A stretch of 64,000 nucleotides of DNA, from positions 1 to 64,000 of the IMG/VR virus record IMGVR_UViG_3300020172_001601. One strand, given 5' to 3'. The translations under genes and the position numbers were made by a program. Each line of letters starts with the position of its first letter. Within the stretch, counting starts at the first letter, position 1. Below, piece after piece: positions 36,654 through 44,860 of this stretch. The notes under the pieces were generated by a model that was not told the origin of the DNA, did not search any database, and saw only the letters and a list, made by a program, of their open reading frames with translations.

Positions 36654-37732
36654 AAGACTACTACGAAGTCCTTGGTGTAGAGAGGGGCGCAACTGACGAA
36701 GAGATCAAGAAGGCGTATCGCAAGAGAGCCAGGACTCATCATCCCGATATGAATCCTGGCGATCCTGACGCCACTAAAAGATTTCAAGAAGTCCAAGAGG
36801 CATATGATACTTTAGGCGATCCGATAAAGAAGTCTAGGTATGATGGTGCCGCTCCGCACATGCGATTTCGTCGTAGGCCGCAAACAAAAACAAATCCTGG
36901 TACACCGCCACCAGGATTTGCTTTTGAAGAAGTCATGGAAGAGTTCTTCGGTGGTAGCACTTTCAAAGGCAGAAACATTACTGTCCGTTTGGAAGTAGAT
37001 TTTAAGGAGGTCTTGACTGGTTGCACGAAGCACATCAAGATCAAAAAGCGAAAACGATGTACAGGTTGTATGGGCAATGGGTTCACAGGTTTTCAACCGT
37101 GTCCTAATTGCGAAGGCAGCGGCGCTGTACAGGTTGCTGATTCCCCATTTGGGTTTCGCACTGCTTGTCAAGTTTGTAGTGGAACGGGCAAGGCGAGTGT
37201 AGTAAAGTGTGGGGACTGTATTGGCTCTGGGTATCTCCCAGGCTACCACGAAAAAGCTCTCGACATAAACATCCCTGCTGGTATCGACAACGGTATGCAG
37301 GTTCGGTTGGCCGGAGAAGGTGAGGAATCCCTTCGAGGCGGCAGGGCCGGAGATGTCATGGTCTTTGTTCTTGTTAAAGAACACCCTTTGTTCAGCAGAG
37401 AAGGGCCTCATTTATCTGTTGAAGTCCCTGTTTCCTATACACAACTGGTCCTTGGGGATGAGATTGAAATCCCTACTTTAGCCGAAGGCTCCTTGAAGGT
37501 CAAAGTTCCTGCTGGGAGTCAATCGCACACAAAGTTCCGTCTGAAGGGGAAAGGTTTTCCGGCTGGCAATGGCTCGCTGGGCGACCTAATAGCTACTTTG
37601 AAGATCGAAACGCCTAAATCTTTTGATGAAGACTACAAGCAGGCGTTAGAAAGGCTTTCTGAGCTAGAAAAGAAGAACATCACACCCCGACGAGAACAAT
37701 GGGCGAAAAAAGTCAGCGGCGAGGGTAAATAA
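36650..37732 (+). CDS. dnaJ: Chaperone DnaJ (class A)
   Basis: J-domain DYYEVLGV...HPD, four CxxCxGxG repeats, C-terminal domain IPAGIDNG. Confidence 0.95.
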   Translation: MKDYYEVLGVERGATDEEIKKAYRKRARTHHPDMNPGDPDATKRFQEVQEAYDTLGDPIKKSRYDGAAPHMRFRRRPQTKTNPGTPPPGFAFEEVMEEFFGGSTFKGRNITVRLEVDFKEVLTGCTKHIKIKKRKRCTGCMGNGFTGFQPCPNCEGSGAVQVADSPFGFRTACQVCSGTGKASVVKCGDCIGSGYLPGYHEKALDINIPAGIDNGMQVRLAGEGEESLRGGRAGDVMVFVLVKEHPLFSREGPHLSVEVPVSYTQLVLGDEIEIPTLAEGSLKVKVPAGSQSHTKFRLKGKGFPAGNGSLGDLIATLKIETPKSFDEDYKQALERLSELEKKNITPRREQWAKKVSGEGK

Positions 37733-37773
37733 AAGGATAATGGAGTGTTACTTTACCGCCGTCAGGAGTTCTC

Positions 37774-38058
37774 ATGAACAATAACAATAAATTACTCTGG
37801 GTCGTTATCGCATTGACGATAGCCATGATTGGGATCGGAGTTGGCAACAAGGTTTTTGTGGACAAGGTTGCTGACAGGGTTATTCAAAAGTTGCAGAAGG
37901 AATATTCTCCTTCTCCTTATGGTCCCGGAATTGATCCTGATAAACTAGATGCAGAGAAGCTGAAGAAGGCCCCTAATGCTCCAGCAGAGCCGCCATTTAA
38001 GGCAATTCAGCCTACTGGCGGTAATTGGACCGAAGATTGGGAAAAGCAGCGTAAGTAA
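37774..38058 (+). CDS. Small membrane-anchored protein
   Basis: AGGAG RBS; N-terminal TM. Confidence 0.7.
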   Translation: MNNNNKLLWVVIALTIAMIGIGVGNKVFVDKVADRVIQKLQKEYSPSPYGPGIDPDKLDAEKLKKAPNAPAEPPFKAIQPTGGNWTEDWEKQRK

Positions 38059-38412
38059 TCAGATTACTTGGCATTTAACTATTTGAGACGGTAAGTCAGA
38101 AGTATCGTGGCCTAGACGTTGCATGGTAACAACCATAGTCTTGCCTCGTTCTGGCTTGCCGTCTATTCTTTTGAATTCGTCATGTGAGAAGAACAGCTTG
38201 GAATTATCTGAGAGTTGCACATAGATTGGGTTCTTCTTATCCATGATAAGCTCTATTTTGCCTCGTTTTTCAACGCTCGGCAGTTCTAATTGGTGTGACG
38301 GCAGCGATTGCGAAATCGACTTAGCCCAGGCGAAATTCTCTGGAATAAGGACTGCGCCGTGCTTCTCAACGCACTCGATCAAATCTATGTAATTTTTGAA
38401 ATTGTTTTTCAT
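38059..38412 (-). CDS. Hypothetical protein (late motif upstream)
   Basis: CTAAATA on the - strand at 38423-38429; MKNNFKNYIDLIE start. Confidence 0.7.
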   Translation of the reverse strand: MKNNFKNYIDLIECVEKHGAVLIPENFAWAKSISQSLPSHQLELPSVEKRGKIELIMDKKNPIYVQLSDNSKLFFSHDEFKRIDGKPERGKTMVVTMQRLGHDTSDLPSQIVKCQVI

Positions 38413-38457
38413 GGTACTACCTTATTTAGCAGCCCCCTAGATGTTTTCAGGACTAAT

Positions 38458-38772
38458 ATGGAACGTAAATACCAAGTCACGTCAGCGACCAGTTTGATGA
38501 AAATGATTGTCACATTCAATAAAACTGAAGATGAAATCTCTGAGCCAACCATTATCCATGTTGGCGTGGACTATTTCAACGACCGGGTATTCTTTGAGGG
38601 CGATCCAATTCCTGGCGTTGATTACCAGGATTTGGAACAAGAAATACTTGTTTATTTACGCCCACCAATGATTGAACAGCCTAAATTGAACCCGGAAATG
38701 ATGCAGAGAATATCTGATGTCAAAGCAGGCAATTATGGTACAGACATAAAGAAATACGGAGTTGGTCAATGA
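38458..38772 (+). CDS. Hypothetical protein
   Basis: AGGA RBS before ATG 38458. Confidence 0.65.
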   Translation: MERKYQVTSATSLMKMIVTFNKTEDEISEPTIIHVGVDYFNDRVFFEGDPIPGVDYQDLEQEILVYLRPPMIEQPKLNPEMMQRISDVKAGNYGTDIKKYGVGQ

Positions 38773-39254
38773 GTACAAACAACACAGAGAATTTAGGCTT
38801 CAAAGTCTTGACAATGGGTCGAGAGGATTTTGATGCACGAAAGCCATGCAACTTACGTCCTATGACTTTAGCAAGGCTTCATGCCTGGATTGATGCTAAG
38901 ACCATTGATGTTCGACTAAAGGCCGAGTTGAAAAAATCTTCTGCCGCTTATCCGCAGCAGGCACTTGGAACATGGCTGAAAATGTTTTCACGCCATTTGG
39001 CGACAGCGCAAAATTCATTACAAAATTCATTAAAAGATAAGCCTGCGGCACCGAAAGAGTTTTTGGTGGAACTAGGCGATGAACCAGAAAGAGAAATCCA
39101 TGAAGAAGAAAACAACGTCCCCTTCAACGACGAATTTGACGCTGGGTGGGAGAATCCAAGTAAAGATCAAGGCCGACAGCCCCCAATTTATCCCAATGTA
39201 CAAGACGAAGGGTTCAGCAGCGGCAGACTTGATAGCGAACATCCCGGCGAATGA
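38769..39254 (+). CDS. Hypothetical protein (acidic tail overlaps dut)
   Basis: ATGA-coupled; 161 aa. Confidence 0.65.
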   Translation: MSTNNTENLGFKVLTMGREDFDARKPCNLRPMTLARLHAWIDAKTIDVRLKAELKKSSAAYPQQALGTWLKMFSRHLATAQNSLQNSLKDKPAAPKEFLVELGDEPEREIHEEENNVPFNDEFDAGWENPSKDQGRQPPIYPNVQDEGFSSGRLDSEHPGE

Positions 39255-39600
39255 TGTAGGCGAACGAATCCTTCGTTTGGCCCCTGGTCACATTGAAACT
39301 ATTGATTGTGGTTTCAGCATGGCTTTGCCGCCCGGTTGGGAAGCTCAGATTCGTCCTCGTAGTGGATTGGCTCAAAAGGGCATCCAAGTCACCAATAGTC
39401 CCGGAACCATTGATGATGACTACCGTGGTCGGTTGATGGTTGTTCTCAACAATGCAGGACGAGAAATAGTCAACATTAAGCATGGCGACCGTTTCGCTCA
39501 GATGGCCCTCAAGCCAGTTTGGTATTTCTCTTGGAATATTGTTAACGAACTGGAATCTACTGAGCGTGGTGAAGCTGGATTTGGCAGCACAGGCGTTTAA
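39100..39600 (+). CDS. dut: Trimeric dUTPase
   Basis: GSAAADL, QIRPRSGLA, NSPGTIDDDYRG, GDRFAQ, RGEAGFGSTG; start is 39079 or 39100. Confidence 0.95.
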   Translation: MKKKTTSPSTTNLTLGGRIQVKIKADSPQFIPMYKTKGSAAADLIANIPANDVGERILRLAPGHIETIDCGFSMALPPGWEAQIRPRSGLAQKGIQVTNSPGTIDDDYRGRLMVVLNNAGREIVNIKHGDRFAQMALKPVWYFSWNIVNELESTERGEAGFGSTGV

Positions 39601-39615
39601 CACAAGGGAAGAATT

Positions 39616-39828
39616 ATGAAGGTATTTGCAATCATTTCCATTGCCCGTCAGGTCGATGGCGAGTATGTCGTGGTAAAGGCCGAGAAAGCCTTTAAGCAAG
39701 CATCTAAGGCTGATGAGTACGCTAAGAGTTTGGCAAAGCGATATACTGAATCAATTCCTACTCCAAGCGGCCCGATGGCCTGCATTTGTGAGCGAGGAGT
39801 TTTTGAATTGGACGTAGACGAAGAATGA
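39616..39828 (+). CDS. Small hypothetical protein
   Basis: GGGA RBS; 70 aa. Confidence 0.65.
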   Translation: MKVFAIISIARQVDGEYVVVKAEKAFKQASKADEYAKSLAKRYTESIPTPSGPMACICERGVFELDVDEE

Positions 39829-39885
39829 TTGGGGATGCACTCTCTTAGCTCAAAGCAGGGTGCATAATTTTCCCCAAGGAGTAAC

Positions 39886-40641
39886 ATGGCAAATTCAATT
39901 ACGCCGCACACGAACCAAGCGGTCCACAATCCCCTAGAGGGCGACAGGCCAGAACTGAGCGTCAAACTTCACGAGAATACCGACGAGCATGTTTCGATCA
40001 TCGTGGTTCACAAGGACAGACCTGAATACCTCAACATCTGTCTCCAGTCTATTGCAGTAGCTTCTTTTAACAACAACTATGAAATCATCGTTGTTGACAA
40101 CGGCTCTGGCAAGGAGTCTCAGGAGTTTCTGGACGAGATTGAAGGCGAAGTGAAGGTTGTTCGCAATGAGAAGAACTTGTATTGGTCAGCCGCAGCCAAC
40201 AAGGGCGTGCAAGCTGCTGACAAGAACAGCAAGTATTTTATTTTCATGCACTGTGACGTGGTTGTTCTCAACCCAGCGTGGATTGACTTGTTGATTAACG
40301 TCTCCGAGGCACAACAGTCTGGATTCGTTGGTATTGATACTCAGACCTACATGATGGGAAACCAGCGAGTTGACTTCTTGCAGGAATATGTCCTATTGAT
40401 TACTCGTGAAGCGTGGGACGATATTGGCCCTTGGCCAGAACAGTTGCCGCAGATCGGGCCATCTTTCATCATGACGTTAAAGGCTCAGAATCGTGGACAC
40501 AAGCCACAGATCATGAAGAATCAGATCATTCACCATTATCGCATTTTCAGTTTGGACATCAGCGAGTTTGAGCGAATGACTGAACAAGCTATGGTGACAT
40601 TGCCCAAGTTGATGAGCGACGTACAGTCGAGGCCACTATGA
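39886..40641 (+). CDS. GT2-family glycosyltransferase
   Basis: VSIIVV, YEIIVVDNGS, NLYWSAAANKG, FMHCDV. Confidence 0.85.
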   Translation: MANSITPHTNQAVHNPLEGDRPELSVKLHENTDEHVSIIVVHKDRPEYLNICLQSIAVASFNNNYEIIVVDNGSGKESQEFLDEIEGEVKVVRNEKNLYWSAAANKGVQAADKNSKYFIFMHCDVVVLNPAWIDLLINVSEAQQSGFVGIDTQTYMMGNQRVDFLQEYVLLITREAWDDIGPWPEQLPQIGPSFIMTLKAQNRGHKPQIMKNQIIHHYRIFSLDISEFERMTEQAMVTLPKLMSDVQSRPL

Positions 40642-41321
40642 AAGTAACTGCTAAGGATTCCAGTCTGGCTGTATTGGATGAAGTCTTTGAACAAGAGCGA
40701 TTTCAATACTTTTGGAACTACTTTAATGGTTTGGAATACGCTTATAAATCAAGCACTGCTTGGCATAAAGTGTGGCGAATCAATGACGGGCAGGTTTTAG
40801 CCAGTCTGTCTTCACATCATTCAAAGGCTCCTTTTAACAGCCCAATGGATTGGATTGACCAAGCCGTGACTGCTGTGGCAGGTCAGCTTGAAGATGTGGT
40901 CGGCAAGAAGGGCGAAGACTGGAACGACATCATTTATACGCCGTACATATATCCTGCCGGAACCAAGATTTCTTGGCATGATGACACTGGATATACTGGA
41001 GCGTGTATTTTTTACCCACACCAAGAGTGGAGTCCGCATTGGGGCGGCGAGCTTTATATCGCTAAAACACCGCCTCCAGAAGAGAGCAAACAGCTTGTTT
41101 TGAATAACGCCAAGGGATCAGTGGTAGACACGATGACTCGTGATTACGTTGCTCCTCTTTTGAACGCTTATGGAATGGGAACTTACATTGCTCCGTTGCC
41201 TAATCGCATGGTGTTCACTTCGGGAGCCGTGTGGCACGCTGTCAATCGTGTAGACGTAGCGGCGGGCGACAAGATGCGATGTTCTATCGTGGCTTTCTTT
41301 TTGCCTGAGAAGGTAAGCTAG
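40638..41321 (+). CDS. 2OG-Fe(II) oxygenase (prolyl-hydroxylase-like)
   Basis: WHDD (HxD), WGGEL, PNRMVF...WHAV...R.S. Confidence 0.88.
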   Translation: MKVTAKDSSLAVLDEVFEQERFQYFWNYFNGLEYAYKSSTAWHKVWRINDGQVLASLSSHHSKAPFNSPMDWIDQAVTAVAGQLEDVVGKKGEDWNDIIYTPYIYPAGTKISWHDDTGYTGACIFYPHQEWSPHWGGELYIAKTPPPEESKQLVLNNAKGSVVDTMTRDYVAPLLNAYGMGTYIAPLPNRMVFTSGAVWHAVNRVDVAAGDKMRCSIVAFFLPEKVS

Positions 41322-41752
41322 TCAGGAATTTTTTTCATGAATTCATGCCATGCTGGATGGTCATGCACTTTAATTTTGTGCTTGGCGTAGTGGCAGGCAT
41401 AGGCCATAGCGAATAATTCTTCATCATTTTGCTTTTGGCGATCTGGGTTCTTTTTGACTACTTCGCTCCATTCTTTCTTCAATTTGGGAGTCATTTTGTA
41501 TTCCCAAACCAAGTGGGCGATTTCATGGAGCGTAGTGAATTCACGTCCGTAGTTCCACGGAGCAGCCACAACGATCTTATCCTTATGGATATAGCCAATA
41601 TGATCGTCATCGCCCTTCAGTGTATTGCCAGGGGTGTATTTGAACTTGTAGCCATTCAATAATTTTTGATGGCCCTTCGGCAGCTTAGAGATCATCGCCT
41701 TGACGTTCTCATGCTCCTCGCTTTCCAGAAATGTTCTAAATCCGTCCATCAT
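41318..41752 (-). CDS. Small zincin metalloprotease-like protein
   Basis: TTLHEIAH (HExxH) and downstream EELFA; CTAAATA at 41771-41777 and GGGAG RBS upstream. Confidence 0.75.
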   Translation of the reverse strand: MMDGFRTFLESEEHENVKAMISKLPKGHQKLLNGYKFKYTPGNTLKGDDDHIGYIHKDKIVVAAPWNYGREFTTLHEIAHLVWEYKMTPKLKKEWSEVVKKNPDRQKQNDEELFAMAYACHYAKHKIKVHDHPAWHEFMKKIPD

Positions 41753-41822
41753 GTTATTTTCTCCCTGGTGTATTTAGAACTCTCTGATGTTTTTTGTCGG
41801 CAAGCATACAATACATTATCAC

Positions 41823-42296
41823 GGCCCCATTTGGGGAGGAGTCGATTGCCTTAAACATCGAGAGCCACTTGTGGTTGGCTACAAATATTCCACGATGCGG
41901 AGTCTGCAATAAGACCTGGAGTATCATCTCCTCAAAACTGATCGCTTGTCTTTTAGCGTTAGATCAGGCCGCATGTCTATTGGCGATACAATAGCAGGGT
42001 GACGACAACGACCTTAACTGACGGACAGCCCTAAGAGAGCGGCAATCTCTTAACCGTGGTCTTGGAAGGTACGGGTATCCGTGGTAGGAGCAGAAATAAA
42101 ACACATCAACTATTGTCTGATCGAGGAAGTCCCCAATGTCGTATCGGGGAACTTTAACCCAAGCTGGCCTTGGTTAGTCTATGACGTATTTTCGACATTC
42201 TGCAATAACCAGCCCATTCTAAATGCGCCGGAAAAGAACAATTTCGTGGAAAACTGACCATCCTGGGGAGCTTGTGTAAACAAGCTCCCTTTTTTT
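41823..42296 (+). ncRNA. Large structured non-coding RNA candidate, class unknown
   Basis: About 590-nt gap without a credible ORF; more than 10 hairpins; long-range helix ttccacga(41888)/tcgtggaa(42244); ends in a strong terminator. Confidence 0.7.
42266..42296 (+). terminator. Intrinsic terminator closing the ncRNA candidate
   Basis: gggagcttgt-gtaa-acaagctccc followed by T7. Confidence 0.9.
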
Positions 42297-42339
42297 ATCT
42301 TTGATACTAAATAAGAGCAGAGAGGTTCTACATAATAAC

Positions 42340-43065
42340 ATGGCACGACAAAAACCCCAACGGCCTGAAAAGGCCACCAGCAGACGAGATACCGCAATCC
42401 CTCAAGCTCAGGGGAAACGACATCCGTTTCATCTCGAATTTCTCAATCAGGCTCAGAAAATGGCCTGGGGCGCATTCGATCAACACGATGTATTGTTTCT
42501 CTTAGGCCCAGCCGGTTGCGGCAAAACCCACTTGGCGTGTGCATTCGCCATCAGTGAAATTCTTGCGAAACGTAAGAAGAAGTGTGTTCTGACTCGACCT
42601 ATTGTTGAAGCAGGAGAGGCACTAGGCTTCTTGCCAGGAACCTTCGATGAGAAGGTTATGCCTTACATGATGCCTATGTACGACTGTATTCAGAAGTGCG
42701 TTGGTCTTGAAGGCCCTCAAAAAGAAATCATTGACCGCAGTATTGAAGTTGCACCAATCGCTTATATGCGTGGTAGAACCTTTGACAGTTCCGTGTGTAT
42801 ATTTGACGAAGCTCAGAACGCTACCAAGTCTCAACTCAAGCTATTCATGACCCGCTTTGGAGAGAATAGTAAGATCATCATCACTGGTGATCCGAATCAA
42901 AGCGATCTTCGCCCCCAGGATCAGGGCTTGATGCACATTGTCAATAAGCTCGAAGATTTACCGGGTGTAGGAGTTATATACTTCAAAGCTAGTTCTATTG
43001 TTCGTCACCCACTGATTGCAGCAATCTTGGAGCGGCTTGAAGAAAAGGCCCCAGACCAACAGTAA
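42340..43065 (+). CDS. phoH: PhoH-family ATPase
   Basis: GPAGCGKT, TRPIVEAGEALGFLPG, YMRGRTF, DEAQN, TGDPNQSD, VRHPLI. Confidence 0.95.
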   Translation: MARQKPQRPEKATSRRDTAIPQAQGKRHPFHLEFLNQAQKMAWGAFDQHDVLFLLGPAGCGKTHLACAFAISEILAKRKKKCVLTRPIVEAGEALGFLPGTFDEKVMPYMMPMYDCIQKCVGLEGPQKEIIDRSIEVAPIAYMRGRTFDSSVCIFDEAQNATKSQLKLFMTRFGENSKIIITGDPNQSDLRPQDQGLMHIVNKLEDLPGVGVIYFKASSIVRHPLIAAILERLEEKAPDQQ

Positions 43066-43074
43066 AGGAAATTT

Positions 43075-43488
43075 ATGCCACTCGTAATAGCAAACGTCGG
43101 AGAGTTAGAGCTTCTGGACAAGATGTTGAAAGACGCTCTAACTGTAGACGAAAATTACACATTGAAGTTGTTTAACAACAACGTAACTCCCGACCAAGCA
43201 TCGGTTGCTGGTACGTTTACTGAAACCGCATTCACAGGATATGTGGCTAAGACTTTGACTCGCACTGGTTGGAGTGCCGCCACAACTGTTTCTAACAAGG
43301 CCCAAAGCAGTTATTCACAGCAAAGTTGGACTTGTGGTGCTACGGGTGACACGATCTATGGATATTATGTGATCGCAGCTACGTCTTCTACTCTTCTATG
43401 GGCAGAGCGATTTGCATCTCCAAGAATTGTAGTAAATACAGACGTGTTGAATGTCACGCCGATTTTCACTTTCAATAGCGAAAATTAA
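43075..43488 (+). CDS. Putative virion/tail structural protein
   Basis: Thr-rich beta protein: LKLF.N..TP...FTE..FTGY...IYGYYV...LLWAERF. Confidence 0.6.
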   Translation: MPLVIANVGELELLDKMLKDALTVDENYTLKLFNNNVTPDQASVAGTFTETAFTGYVAKTLTRTGWSAATTVSNKAQSSYSQQSWTCGATGDTIYGYYVIAATSSTLLWAERFASPRIVVNTDVLNVTPIFTFNSEN

Positions 43489-44816
43489 AACAATTCTTCA
43501 TAAGAGATCGAACACAGAGCAGTGGCGCTAGAGCCACTTGCTCTGATCGCTGCCAGAGTCAGTGTGTCAGATGTCCCTGCGATATTAGATGTGATGTTCA
43601 GCCTCGAAATTAAGTTGCTTGCATCAGCGCTGTCTGTGTTTTCTGCATATCCTGAAAGAACAACATCGCCCCCAGTTATGGCAGATGCCGTAACGTCATA
43701 TTCTGATATAGCACTGCTTCCAACCGATGTCCAAGATGGACCCGTCAGAGTTGCATTCCATAGCAATTGCCATTTCAAGGGCTGTGCATTCATTCCTTTG
43801 ACGAATGTTCTGATGAGCCTTAGCTTTGATCTAATATTTGCACTTTTCAATCTTAAAGACAAAAGTGGAATTAAAGTTCCTGCAATTGTTACAGCGGTAT
43901 TTCCATTGTCAATAGACCGCAAGACGCCTGGATAGTTAAAGCCGCCTTCGCTAATCACCGTGCAGCATATTTGTTTCATGCTGGTTGACGAAGCACTTGT
44001 TCCTGTATTGGTGATTTCGTATCGACAAGGGAGAGATGGTCTTGCCATGTATACTGTTGTTTGTACGTTGGCATTCAAAACTTGATGGCAATAGTAAACT
44101 AAACCATTGATTACAAATCCGAATCGAACACGACCGACACCAAGCCACTCAAAGTCAATAATGAAAATTTGAGTTTTTGACATATCCAGAGTGATGCCGC
44201 TGTTTCCGGTTCCGTCTAGTTTGTCGATGTTCCAGGATGATTGATTTACTGCTGTGTCTGTGGGCGATCCACTTGTGCTGCTTCTAACTACAACTCGTAG
44301 ATTGGTTCCATTTTGTTCAAAAAACAGTCCGTTATTAGCATCGAAATATCCAATTCTTTGACGGACGTTAGCTTTGATTGCTCCCATTACGCCAGTCATC
44401 AATATCATTTGGCTTTTGCCGGGCTGATATTGGAAATATTCTTTGGTTTGACGAACTGCTTGGTCGGCGTTTGTGGTTCCAACTTGAAGTTGTTGGGCGG
44501 CTTCAAGGTTTAGCCAAGACACTGCACCGCTGCCGGTTGTCGAAGAGTCCCAAAACAATGATCCATTTGTTTCAACGAGATTTGAATCAAAAAGCGTAAA
44601 TGGAAAACTTGTTCTTAGGCGGCAAAAAGCGTCAATGGCCGCATTGTCTCCAGTGACAAGTTGCACTGGAAGTGGATTGATTTTAGAAACATCTCCGTCA
44701 TTGGTGCCGTCTGGTCCGAAAACGAGTTTGCCTCTTTGATATTGGATGCCTCCAATATCGTCAGATGCCAATTGTGGTCCACCGTTGCCCGGATTTAGTG
44801 TGATGTTGTCAGCCAT
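43485..44816 (-). CDS. Putative virion structural protein with lectin/ConA-like domain
   Basis: DAFCRLRTS..TLFD, YQPGKSQ, IDFEWLGVGRVRFGF; start re-called to ATG 44816, 5 nt after ATATATA. Confidence 0.65.
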   Translation of the reverse strand: MADNITLNPGNGGPQLASDDIGGIQYQRGKLVFGPDGTNDGDVSKINPLPVQLVTGDNAAIDAFCRLRTSFPFTLFDSNLVETNGSLFWDSSTTGSGAVSWLNLEAAQQLQVGTTNADQAVRQTKEYFQYQPGKSQMILMTGVMGAIKANVRQRIGYFDANNGLFFEQNGTNLRVVVRSSTSGSPTDTAVNQSSWNIDKLDGTGNSGITLDMSKTQIFIIDFEWLGVGRVRFGFVINGLVYYCHQVLNANVQTTVYMARPSLPCRYEITNTGTSASSTSMKQICCTVISEGGFNYPGVLRSIDNGNTAVTIAGTLIPLLSLRLKSANIRSKLRLIRTFVKGMNAQPLKWQLLWNATLTGPSWTSVGSSAISEYDVTASAITGGDVVLSGYAENTDSADASNLISRLNITSNIAGTSDTLTLAAIRASGSSATALCSISYEELF

Positions 44817-44860
44817 GCCCTTATATATCTGAAATGAAACAAAAAAAGGATACATAAGGC

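Noticed and set aside
40638-41321. 2OG oxygenase as the collagen prolyl hydroxylase
   Set aside because: The collagen tracts here have very few Pro, and those are in the X position (GPQ) rather than Y; the substrate is unknown.
41794-41994. 66-aa ORF inside the structured region
   Set aside because: TTG start, no RBS, no recognisable protein features; the base-pairing pattern explains the region better.
41823-42296. tmRNA, RNase P RNA or group I/II intron identity for the structured region
   Set aside because: No tRNA-like acceptor/T arm or tag frame. gaggaagtcc only partly resembles RNase P GAGGAAAGUCC and has no matching 3' P4 strand. No group II domain V or group I P7 motifs were seen, and no gene is interrupted.
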